From: Okamejei kenojei
Taxonomy: Eukaryota
Assembly: GCA_035221665.1 (NCBI GenBank)
Contig: CM069162.1
Coordinates: 24,180,001-24,244,000 of the forward strand
Reading direction: 5' to 3'
DNA length: 64,000 bases
Below are positions 12,443 through 22,982 of the stretch, one piece after another. The position numbers and the translations under genes are program-made. Positions within the stretch are counted from its first letter, which is position 1, and each line of letters opens with the position of its first letter. The notes under the pieces were generated by a model. It was not told where the DNA came from. It ran no database searches and was given only the letters and a program-made list of their open reading frames with translations.

Positions 12443-13344
12443 ATAGACAATAGGTGCAGGAGTAGGTCATTCGGCCCTTCGAGCCAGCACCGCCATTCAA
12501 AGTGATCATGGCTGATCATCCTCAATCAGTACCCCGTTCCTGCCTTCTCCGCATATCCCCTGACTATGCTATCTTTAAGAGCCCTATCTATCCCTGTCTT
12601 GAATGTTTCCAGAGAACTGGTCTCCACCACCCTCTGAGGCAGAGAATTCCACATACTCACAACTCTCTGTGAGAAAAAGTGTTTCCTCGTCTCCATTCTA
12701 AATGGCTTACCCCTTATTCTTAAACTGTGGCCCCTGGTTCTGGACTCCCCCAACATCGGGAACATGTTTCCTGCCTCTAGCGTGTCAAACCCTTAATAAT
12801 CTTTTATGTTTCAATAAGATCCTCTCTCATCCTTCTAAACTCCAGAGTATACAAGCCCAGCCACTCCATTCTCTCAGCATATGACAGTCCCGCCATCCCG
12901 GGAATTAACCTTGTAAACCTACGCTGCACTTCCTCAATAGCAAGAATGTCCTTCCTCAAATTAGGGGACCAGAACTGCACACAATACTCCAGGTGTGGTC
13001 TCACTAGGGCCCTATACCACTGCAGAAGGAGCTCTTTGCTCCTATACTCAACTCCTCTTGTTATAAAGGCCAACATGCCATTCACTTTCTTCACTGCTTG
13101 CTGTACCTGTATGCTTAGTTTCAATGACTGATGAACAAGGACCCCCAGATCCCGTTGAACTTCCCCTTTTCCCAACTTGATACCATTTAGATAGTAATCC
13201 GCCTTCCTGTTTTTGCTACCAAAGTGGATAACCTCACATTTATCCAGGTTAAACTGCACCTGCCGTGCATCTGCCCACTCGCCCAACCTGTCCAAGCCAC
13301 CCTGGCATTCACTTAGCATCCTCCTCACAGTTCGCACTGCCACC
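12443..13344 (-). mobile_element. 5'-truncated CR1 LINE, relatively young
   Basis: ORF 12804-13400 LDRLGEWA…QFNLDKCEVIHFG…RDLGVLV…LVRPHLEYCVQFWSP and ORF 12526-12765 TRGHSL…FFSQRVV…WNSLP; ends in a ctattgt-type tail; candidate TSD cagaaca at 12436-12442 and 13345-13351. Confidence 0.93.
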
Positions 13345-14264
13345 CAGAACAGCCTTTGTAAGGATTGTTTCAGCTGAGATAGAACAATCAGGTTTCCCAT
13401 TCCGAGCCGATGAATAGAGGCATAAAAAACATCAGTTCACTGGAAGAATTTAATTATCATGTTAATGTTTAGTGGGGTCGCTAATTTTGTTAAACTATCG
13501 TGTCTTGCCCTTGACCCTTCAACTCTTCACTTCTAGATCAATTGGCTTTGACCTCTTTGATAGATGAAATATACGTGCGTCATCCAGAAACATACAAAGG
13601 CAGCATGAGTACATGCGTCACACTTACTTTAAGGTAGCTTTGAGACAAGAATAGCCCACATGCATGCAGATAACTGGAATGGAAATTACTCTCATGTGGT
13701 CCACAGACTTGCACGGCCTTAACTCCTTCAGTTCCAAACCAGCTTTCAAAGACATCTCGCCCATTAATAAGAGATGTTTTGAGAACAGGAGAGGCTAATT
13801 AGCCCTTCCACACCAGGCCTTCTTTGTAGATTCAACCTACCCTCATGCCTTCCCATTGCCTCAGAGCCTGCAACCCACAAACTTTCCACATCCTTACTAT
13901 ATTTCCCAATCTCATATAACCATTCCTGTCCAGTTTCTCACTTTATGTCCCAATGCGGTGTACGCTCTGTATCCCTCAGTACAACCTAGTGACCACGTCT
14001 CAGTTCACTTCTTCCGCCAAGAGCATGTTCATTGTGCCCCATTAACATTGTCCTCCTTGCTAACTAATTCCATAAATTAAAGATAATTGGGTGCATGGAT
14101 AGATTTCCAAATCCATTCCTACTCTCAGTCCAAAACCTGTTACCCTTCTTTGGCACTTGAATATTTTGAGTAGTGCTCTTTTCTCCCACCCTTTGCATGA
14201 TACCATGGGATAATGGTAGCCATTATCAGCCATGATTGAATGGTGAAATAGACTTGATGGGCCA

Positions 14265-14513
14265 AATAGGCTGTGGGCCGAGCATCAAAACTGTGTCTAG
14301 AAATCAACTTTCCTTGTCTCGGAACTACATGAAATTTTGCACAGATTTAGATAAAATATAATTGAGAAGGAAGTCATAACTCTTCAGTGCCAAAAGTTGC
14401 ACATTAATTAATTAAACTAATTAGAAAATGAGATAAAAAAAGTAAGCACCATCTAGTGTCCAAAGCCAATATTACACCATGGGGAGCCTATTTCCGTGGT
14501 GCAGTCTCTTTAA
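14265..14513. mobile_element. Possible TTAA-targeting (Kolobok/T2-like) non-autonomous DNA element, one intact end
   Basis: Ends ggtgcagtctct|ttaa (minus strand TTAA-AGAGACTGC); internal atgaaattttgcacag; other end not clearly defined. Confidence 0.35.
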
Positions 14514-14649
14514 ACCATATATTATTATACCATATATATATGACTTGTGAATATGACTGCAATCATATATAATCATGTATAATTATATTATATAAAAATA
14601 ATATAATGAATATTATTGTGAGGTTTTTTTTTAATGAGACTGCCGCAGA

Positions 14650-15220
14650 GGTCCTCTTGAACCAGCCTAATTAATAGGTGAGTGCAGTTCCTGTTGGTTC
14701 CCCCGTTTACTGAAACCCACTGACTGCCAGTGTGCAAAGTGGGGGTCACAGCCATAGTGGGACTGGGGTAGTGCCAGGCTGGGGGGTAGATCAAGGCAGG
14801 AAAATGCCTAACCCTAACTCGCCCCCCCTTCCAGAGCTGCCCACGGCTGGGGCTGGAGCTGGAGCCACTTTGGGACCGGCTGCGGGCTCTGTACATGTGG
14901 CCCTGCAGCGCGTCCACTCGGCCAGCATGCCCTTCTGGTGGTGATGATGGTGGGGAACAGCACTGCCCTGCTCGCCGTCCGGGCCGCCTTCAGCACTCCC
15001 ATAGCGCCGGCTCCGTCAGACCGCCCGCTCGCTTGCTGCAACACCGGCCAACCGACAGCCCGACTGACCCCTCGCAGCACTCACCGGAGACCCGGCCCGA
15101 CGTTCACCACCGGTGGCCCGACGCTCACCGCCCGACCAATCCTCCACAGCATCCATCGGCCTACCGACAAGCCCGACCGACAGACGGATCAATTGACCGA
15201 CACTGACCCTAACCCTAACT
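14650..15220. repeat. GC/CpG-rich segment with CCGAC micro-repeats and two short CCCTAA doublets
   Basis: cctaaccctaac at about 14807-14818 and ccctaaccctaac at about 15207-15219; repeated ccgac(a/c/t/g) motifs at 15050-15200. Confidence 0.6.
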
Positions 15221-16098
15221 CTACATTTGTTATTTATCATTTTTATTTAACAGTTCACATTATAACTTTATAAAGATAAATCAATTGAAAAACAAAATGA
15301 TCAGCAAGGTGAGCATGACCTTTATTCCTTGGAAACCTTGCTATTGTTTTGATGTAATGAGGAGGCAGCCATGATCGCAGAGTCCTCACTGTCTAGCAAC
15401 CATAAAACAAAGCGCGGGATTGGTCAATTTGCTTCCGACCTCAATGTCAAACGTGCATTGATTGGGCAATTACTACTCAGAAAATGTGAGGTTTTTCTCA
15501 TATTTCTTAAAAGTGTGCAGGTTTTGTTGTTGATGAGTTTCAGGTATGGTTTATATATTTTTACACAACATGTTAGTTCCGTGAGTTGGGTCACGAACCT
15601 GAATGAAAAAGCTCCTCGGCCCACTGCCTAAAATGACTTAATTCTGCTCCTACAACTTATTAACTTATAATGAAAGACTTCACCATCTCTCAGGGCAAGT
15701 GTAGGTTGAACTGAGCTCTCAGAAAATGATAATTTCCTTCTTTCGCCCCCCCCCCCCCCCTCCTTCCACCCAGTCGCAGTAACCTCTATGCACATGTAGG
15801 TGAAGGACTTGATTGCATAATCCATGAAACACATTTAAACTCATCATGGATATCTTTGCCAAGACTGTGAGCAGTATAACAGTCAGCACCACAGGACACT
15901 ATAGTTTTAGCCCTGCTGAATCACAGTGGTTAGTCATGATCATTTGAAGTCCAGATCAGACATGACTATGATATCTTGTGCAGAAATACAGCCTGCTGAT
16001 TCCCCTGTTTTAGCCTTGTTTAGGAAGAGGAATTACTTTGAAGAGATATTGATGGAAATTCAACAACAGTGGAAACATAACAGAGGAGAAAAAGAGAA

Positions 16099-16154
16099 AA
16101 AGGATTGGTGGCTTCTTTTAGGTTGGAAGAACAAATCAGTGCCACCAATCCTTT
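16099..16154. repeat. Perfect 14-bp inverted repeat enclosing a copy of 11910-11939
   Basis: aaaggattggtggc (16099-16112) and gccaccaatccttt (16141-16154); 16113-16142 is identical to 11910-11939. Confidence 0.95.
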
Positions 16155-16699
16155 ATGGGGGCATAATGAAACAGAATTAAAGTAACAGCTAAACCTCTGC
16201 TTATTATTTTATTTCTTTGCGTAAAAGATTATTTTAATTCCATTTGCTACATCCCAGTTTATATTCCTGTGGCAAGGCATTAAGTTAAAAGGTGCCATTG
16301 AACGAGTGCTGAAATGAGTTAAGTGGCTGTACTTAACTGCAGATTAAGTGCTCAAGTGTATGACAGCGTTACTGCCGAAGCAACATTTGAGTTTCGTGTC
16401 TGCTTCAGGATTGGTCTTCTAGGCAAGAGCTAGAAGATAACATTTTACTGTTTTATAGCCTTTTATAAGAGAATGGCATCAGAAAGTGATCTGCAACAAA
16501 CAACACTTTCAAAGTGTGATCACTCGGTGGCAGGCACTATATGTGAAGCATGATCCCACAAACACAATGTGACAAATCATCAGACCATCTATTTTAGTGA
16601 TGTTGGTTGGGGTATTAACATTAGCCAATAGAACAGCACAGCACATAAAGTGCAAAGAGTGCAACAAGGTAAATTGGAAGATCGGGTAATTCATCACTC

Positions 16700-17480
16700 A
16701 CATATGAGAGGCGAGTTCACGAGTCAGATAACAGCAGGGAAGAGGCTGTTCATGAATCTGGTGGTACATGCTTTCAAGCTTTTGTCAACTTGGTAAAAGA
16801 CCCTCTTTGGTCCACAGCCTAGGTTCCTTCAGCTGCTGGACATGGGGGGGTGGGGTGTGGTGGAGACACCCCTCAATATAAGGGAAGGGATTCCACGCCA
16901 GTGGGCCACGTGAGGGGCAAAGGTGTTGGGTAAAATTGTGATTTGGGGAAACTGTATTGAATGTATGTGTAGCCTCCCAGAATGTCGGATGGAGTTTTGT
17001 AAGGCTCATGTATTGTATATATTTACTTGTCGAATAAAGTCTATTTTGAATTTTTTTTTTTAAATTGTCTAATGGGTGTGAGTCATCCTTGATTACAAGA
17101 CAAGTAGATGGAGTCAATGGAAGGAGACTGGTTTATGTGATGGTCTCCGATCACAATTCTCTGCAATACCTTGTGGTCTTGGGCAGACCCGTTGCCAAAA
17201 AACAAGATGTGATGCATTCCAATACGATGCTTTCAATGATGGAAGTGTGGACATTGGTAAGAGTCATTGGAGACATGCTTACTTTACTAAGCCTTCTGAG
17301 GAAGGAGAGGCATTAGTGTGATTTCTTGGTCATTGTTGTCAATGTGACTGGACCAGGACAAATTGTTGATGATGTTTACTCTTGGGAACATGAGGCTCTT
17401 GACCTTTTCTACTTTAGTACCACTGATACCTGGGGAAAGTACTCTGCACAACTTCCTGAAGTCATTGACCAACTCGCATT
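16700..17480 (-). mobile_element. Rex1/Babar-type LINE fragment, interrupted by a plus-strand L1/Tx1-like 3' end (about 16790-17060)
   Basis: The minus-strand translation gives …VEKVKSLMFPRVNIINNLSWSSHID…, matching the Rex1 motif VExFKFLGVxIxxxLSWxxHI. Also gataacagcagggaagaggctgttcatgaatctggtggta. Confidence 0.7.
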
Positions 17481-18199
17481 GTTTTTGTGAACATAGACGA
17501 TAAGGTTGTTGTCTTTTCTCCTTGTTACTCTCTCTCTCTCTCTCTTCTTCTTGTACATAACTGACCTCAATCATCCCAATACCTCCTTCCACTTCAGTTG
17601 GAAAACACATACGATTTGTTATAAATAGACTGCCTCCAACCATCTGGAGAATACAGAGGTCACTCCCAATGTCCTACCACAGTCAAGGAGTCTGGCTGCT
17701 CCTCCCTGTTGAGTTGAACAGTAATGACTGTTTTGTAATGTAGCCTGTAAGGGATAATTGGAATTTAGATGTTAAATTAATTTAAATGTAATCTCAGCTC
17801 GCCAACATGAGGAAATATGAAATGCATTGGCCTTCAGGGTTAGAGTTTCACAGCATCAATTTATAACTGTTTCTATCTTCGAGTAGCCACAATAAAATAT
17901 TACTGCACATTTCAACTCTGCCATGAAACCACCAGGATTTTGTTGCCTCTCTGCATTGATACCACCATAGCATTTACTCTTTTGAATTTCCATTTTTAAC
18001 TCCTGAACTCGCAATTTCCCCTTCTCCTGCTGGTCTTCCTATCCTTATATCACCCAGTGACTGAAACAAAGCTCACCATAACATCGTGTACAATCTTAAC
18101 TTTAACACTGCATAAGTTCCTCCCTCTCCCCTTCCACCACCAAGTCCTGGATTCATCTCAGTCACTACTTTCTCAGTAAATCAAACAGTAATTTTATAC

Positions 18200-18860
18200 A
18201 GGCAGTTGCTGGAATCGTGAGCAAAACACAAACTGCTGGAGCGGGTCGGGCGGCATCCATGGAGGGACTAGACGGATGATATTTCAGATCGGGAACCTTC
18301 TTCAGATTGATGGGAGTCGAGGGGGGACAGCTGGTAGAGAGAGGTGAGGAGATCCAGGTGAGGAGGGTTTGGTTGGCACCCACCTTTACCCAATCCCCCC
18401 TTTCCCACTGGTGTACACCCTTCTTTCCACTCCCCACCCACCCTCCCCTCCCCTCCCCCGGTCCTTGTCAATTTGATGCTTTCCCCTCCTCCACCTCCAA
18501 TGTTTGCTCATCTCCCGCCCCTCCCTACTCCAGAGATCCGCCATTTTCTATTCCCCCATTCCCATTTGCTTCTGCCCACCAACACTCCTCCAGCTTTACA
18601 TCCCACTCCCCATCTTTCTTCATCGTCACATTTCCACCATTTGTACCCTTTTGTCTTCTTCACCTCCAGCCTTGGTTACTTTCTCCATCCTTGCATCTCT
18701 TTGCTTTTGTAGAAGTCCTCCTTCCCTCTCCCATCTGACATCCATCAATCGGCCCCAACTCGCCTGGATATACCTAGTGATGCCAGCTCTTGCCCTACCT
18801 TTTCCCCTCACCTATTTCCACCAACTATCTTCTTCCCTCTGCAGTCTGCAGGGACCTGAC
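18200..18860. mobile_element. Penelope-derived remnant with inverted halves; hammerhead core on minus strand at 18278-18305
   Basis: Minus strand reads CTGAAGA-AGGT-TCCCG-ATCT-GAAA-TA-TC; pyrimidine-rich PLE 3' UTR-like sequence follows on the plus strand. Confidence 0.65.
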
Positions 18861-19129
18861 CTTATGGGTTTGTATTTGCAATGTGGGTTTTCTTTCAGAT
18901 TGCAAATGAATATATGGTGCACTCATTTTCCATGTTTACCATAAATTGTTATTGGTAATTTGTTTCTCTAAACAGATTGAATTCAAATTAATTCAGGTTT
19001 ATTGAGGCTGAGACATGCATAAGCAATCTACAGCAATGATTAACCACCCTTACAAAGATATAAATACCCATCCATCGGCCCACACCCACATTAATGCATG
19101 GTTGCACTGAACTGACACATAACAGCTCT

Positions 19130-20560
19130 TATTTATATACGTAGCACCTTTAATGTAACATAATTAACGCAAGCTTCTTCACAGGAAACCATTTAGATTA
19201 AAAATGTTGCACTCAGTCACATTAGGACACCTTAGAGCAGAGATCAAATGATGTGGGTTTTAAGGAAAGACTTAAAAGAGGAGAATGCCAGAATTAATGG
19301 GCCACAGATAACTCAAAAGGTTGCAAGGTTGAGGGAGGCTGCAGTCAAGGAAGAATTGAGGCTATCGAAAAGTTTGAAAATATAGTTGAGACTCTTAAAA
19401 CAAGGCATTGTTCAACTGGTCCTATGTAGGGCAGAAAGTGTAGTTATGGTGGCTGTAAGTTAGAACATAGCCATGAGCTTTGGATGAGTTCAAATCTGCA
19501 GAATGTGTTTAAGATAGGCTGGGCACGGTAGCATGGAATTAGTCAAACATAGGTAGCAAGGATTGACTCAAAAAGCTGGAGTAACTCAGCGGGATAGGCA
19601 GCATCTGTGAAGAGAAGGAATGGGTGACGTTTCGGGTCGAGACCCTTTTGTGTCTATCTTCGATTTAAACCAGCATCTGCAGTTCTTTGCCACACAATAG
19701 GTAGCAAGGACATAGATGAGGGGCTTCAGTAGCAGATAGGCAGGGCCAGGTGATATTACTGGAGGTGGAAATAGGCTGTCTTAGAGATGCCACAGATAAA
19801 TCACTCAAAGCATCTCAGGGTCTAGAATGATACTAGCGTTGCTAATAATCTGGATCAAGTTCATGCAATTCCTAGCACCAGCGAAGAGGGTTTGCGATAG
19901 GGACTTAAAGCAATGCTTTTCATCCTCCCAATATTTGGTGCGAGAAAATCTCTACACATCCACTGAGTGCTGGATACATAGTCTGACAAAAATGGTTGTC
20001 AAATAAAAATGGATGTCATCGGCATGTCCTCAGATGATATTGCAACGGTGCAGCATGTTGATGAAAGGTAAGTAGAAGCCAAGGAGACATAAGCGATGCA
20101 GGCGCTGGAATCAAAGCAAGCGGACAGGTGCAGGAACTCAGCAGACCAGGCAGCATCTGCAGAGGGACGGTGCTGAAGGGTCTCGACCCGAAAGGTGATT
20201 GTCTATTTCCTGCATTGTGGCAGGACTGGAGACTTGACTGGAATAATTCAAACAAGGACTTTGGGTAAAATTAGCCAAACTTGGAAGGCTACAACAGTTA
20301 AAAGACACTAGAGAGTGCAGGAAGGCTGGAGATAGTGTGAGGGTGACAAGGTCAGAGGGTCAAGGGTTTGTTTTGCGGCTGGGTCCATGACATCAGATTA
20401 AGTTCGCCAGGGGAGTAGCTGAAGTGAGAAATCTATTTGGAAGATCTTCCTGCATGGAGGACAAGGAGGTTGGATGGTCAGCACAGTTTCGTTGGAATAG
20501 TGTCTTGGGGCAGAAGTGAGTATATATAGACAAGCTCATTTTGAGTTGGCTTAAGCAGAG
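19130..20560 (-). mobile_element. Old L2-type LINE, degraded, hosting two Penelope-derived inserts
   Basis: Starts atttatatacgtagcacctttaatgtaaca…cttcacagg (L2 3' end, inverted); gtcatcggcat and ggagtagctgaagtgagaa segments resemble inverted RT sequence. Confidence 0.6.
19563..19696. mobile_element. Fold-back Penelope-derived element with 14-bp TSD
   Basis: TSD ataggtagcaagga at 19549-19562 and 19697-19710; the inverted arm breaks at gacgtttcgggtcgagaccc. Confidence 0.85.
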
Positions 20561-20699
20561 ATAGGGCAGAAAGGTGTATGTATGTTCAGGGCGTCAACGC
20601 TGGATCAGCCTCCATGAACACAAGTTCTTTCACGGGGTAATTAATAATGACCAAACAACTTTTTGGCACCTTTCAGCAAAACATACGATCACATACCTT

Positions 20700-21080
20700 G
20701 GTCACACGATCAATTGCACAGCATATTGCCAGGATAAACACCTCCTTCACACTGGCATTATCGCACCCATCATCCGCCCACCGTTGTTCACAGTCCATCC
20801 TCACACTGATACATTAACACACCCGTAATCCTCTCATCATCACCGTTGTTAACACACAGTATCCACATATTGGTATTAATACACCCACCTGCCTCCAGAC
20901 CTACAGCACAACATTCATCTCTCTCGCGCAATCAGTGCACCCTCGACCACCGTAACATTGATCTTAACACACACACTCCATTCACACTGACGTTCTTGCA
21001 GCTGTGTACAGTCCACCCTCACACTATGTACTAACAGCGTCAAACACACACAATCCTATCACACAGCAAACTCTTCAAAT
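20700..21080. repeat. Degenerate CA-rich tandem or low-complexity repeat
   Basis: Recurrent acagtcca(t/c)cctcacact and ttaacacac units. Confidence 0.5.
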
Positions 21081-21085
21081 CCCTC

Positions 21086-21600
21086 TATTCTTGCCATAGA
21101 GGGAGTACAGAGAAGGTTCACCAGACTGATTCCTGGGATGGCAGGACTTTCATATGAAGAAAGACTGGATAGACTCGGCTTGCACTTGCTAGAATTTAGA
21201 AGATTGAGGGGGGATCTTATAGAGACTTACAAAATTCTTAAGGGGTTGGACAGCCTAGATGCAGGAAGATTGTTCCCGATGTTGGGGAAGTCCAGAACAA
21301 GGGGTCACAGTTTAAGGATAAGGGGGAAGTCTTTTAGGACCGAGATGAGAAAATAATTTTTCACACAGAGAGTGGTGAATCTGTGGAATTCTCTGCCACA
21401 GAAGGTAGTTCAGGCCAGTTCATTGGCTGTATTTAAGAGGGAGTTAGATGTGGCCCTTGTGGCTAAAGGGATCAGGGGGTATGGAGAGAAGGCAGGTACA
21501 GGATACTGAGTTGGATGATCAGCCATGATCATATTGAATGGCAGTGCAGGCTCGAAGGGCCGAATGGCCTACTCCTGCACCTATTTTTCTATGTTTCTAT
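21086..21600 (+). mobile_element. CR1 LINE 3' end (young)
   Basis: ORF 21138-21356 GLSYEERLDRLGL…LEFRRLRGDLIETYKILKG…TRGHSL; tail ctatgtttctat. Confidence 0.93.
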
Positions 21601-22598
21601 AACATTAACACTATGCACTTAAAATTTTACTTAAAATGTTGTTTGAAATCCCACACTATTCCATGAAACAGTTTATCTTTTACCTCAAGGTTTATGGATA
21701 AATTAAAATATCAAAGAACGTCTTGCAAGAAAATGACAAATTGAAGATTGTATTGCAGTGCCTCCCTTGGATGTAAACCTCTCAATGGATGAAAAATATC
21801 TTTGCATTTGTAAAAATTATCCTCTCAATAAATATTTTACTTAAGATGTTGAGTTGGTACAATTTTTCCTCCAGGTATTTTAATTCGTTTCATACTTAAA
21901 GACAAGATAAAACTTTGAATGATTGGTTTATATCAGCCCTTAGACTCAAAAATAAAAAATTGGGAAAAAACAGGAGCCTGAAGATATCTGCTGCTTCCTA
22001 CTTTAGCTGGCGATATTTGCAAATCTGAACGTATGCAAAATGTGAAAATGTTCCATTTTCTCGCCTTTCGCCCAAGCCACAACACAATGTCTGGTCCAAA
22101 GAGACATTGCAAGATATATCCCAGATTATTTATTCTTTATGTGGCTTTCTGGATTGCCAGTTGACTAAACATCAAATAAACCACATCTTAACACAGAGCA
22201 TCTAACCTGCTCATCAAAATGATGTATCCCACAACAGAAATCCATCAAAAATATTTTCTTGCCATGTGTTCAATGCATGGATCGGTCCTTTCTGAGGAAA
22301 AGATGATGAATTTGTTTTTGGTCTCTGAGTCTGTGTCATTGTTCCAATGTTTACCACTTAATTTTAGGCAACATCCAAGTTCACGTTTTCCAAGCACATA
22401 ATTACATGATGTGCCTCAATAACAACTCCTCCACAGTGTGAGAAGCAATGGGTTGATTTTAACTTAGAACAGTCGGGAAACCACTGAAAGTTAATTCTTG
22501 CTAAGCAAAATTGGCAGAACGGATGATGGTTAACCATTAACTTAGTCATAGTTTAATGCCACCAGTTTGTTTCTCAGAGTTTAGTTAGTTTAGTTAGG

Positions 22599-22739
22599 TT
22601 CTTCTTCTTGTGTATGGCGTGCACAGCCTAAAGTTGTCGGACAACTTGTTCTATTTGATCTTATTTGATTGTGCACGCCAGGTTGATTGCATTTTGTCGA
22701 AACAGGGCGGACCACGTGAAGGTTGCAATCTTCCACCCC
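22599..22739 (-). mobile_element. Short (~140 bp) SINE-like retroelement: HDV-like ribozyme head, stem-loop body, (GAA)n tail
   Basis: Minus strand: GGGGTGGAAGATTGCAACCTTCACGTGGTCCGCCCTGTTTCGACAAAATGCAATC-AACC-TGGCGTGCACA…TGTGCACGCCA-TACACAAGAAGAAGAA. Inserted in a (TTAGT)n tail, with candidate TSD tttagttagg (22589-22598) and tttagtttgg (22740-22749). Confidence 0.8.
22685..22739 (-). ncRNA. HDV-like (CPEB3-type) self-cleaving ribozyme, minimal P4
   Basis: P1 GGGGUGG/CCGCCCU (G1•U wobble), P2 GAUUGCA/UGCAAUC, P3 ACC/GGU, L3 UUCACGU, GU after P1 (P1.1), UUCG mini-loop in place of P4, then candidate catalytic C followed by A's. All elements are in the HDV order. Confidence 0.82.
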
Positions 22740-22866
22740 TTTAGTTTGGTTTAGTCTATTGTAACCTGTGCCGAGGTACAGTGAAAAGCTTTTATGGCGT
22801 GCTAATCAGCCACGGGAAAGACAATATATGATTACAATCGAGCCATTCGCAGTGTACAAATATATG
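22740..22866 (-). mobile_element. Rex1/Babar-type LINE 3' end (host of the ribozyme element; tail continues at about 22578-22598)
   Basis: tttagtctattgtaacctgtgccgaggtacagtgaaaagctttt is the inverse of the tail at 747-796. Confidence 0.6.
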
Positions 22867-22867
22867 C

Positions 22868-22982
22868 TAGTTTAGTTTAATTTAGAGATACAGAGTGGAA
22901 ACAGGCCATTCGGCCCATCGAGCCTGCACTGACCAGCAATCCTGACACATTAACACTACCCAACACACACTAGGGACAATTT
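22868..22982 (-). mobile_element. HE1-like V-SINE 3' part, cut by the assembly gap
   Basis: tttagagatacagagtggaaacaggccattcggccc…cacacactagggacaattt; related to 62862-63148. Confidence 0.7.

Noticed and set aside
12804-13400. 198-aa ORF as a host gene
   Set aside because: It is the C-terminal part of CR1 ORF2 in a 5'-truncated copy.
14588-15273. Six overlapping ORFs
   Set aside because: Expected from high GC and low stop density; low-complexity peptides with no domain.
15883-15900. RE1/NRSE-like motif TCAGCACC-ACA-GGACAC
   Set aside because: The spacer is 3 nt rather than 2 and the right half-site is imperfect.
18165-18944. Cluster of Pro/Ser/Phe-rich ORFs
   Set aside because: Translation of pyrimidine-rich repeat sequence.
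20700-21080. Possible CRISPR-like repeat-spacer array
   Set aside because: Eukaryotic context; repeats are degenerate, irregularly spaced CA-rich units.
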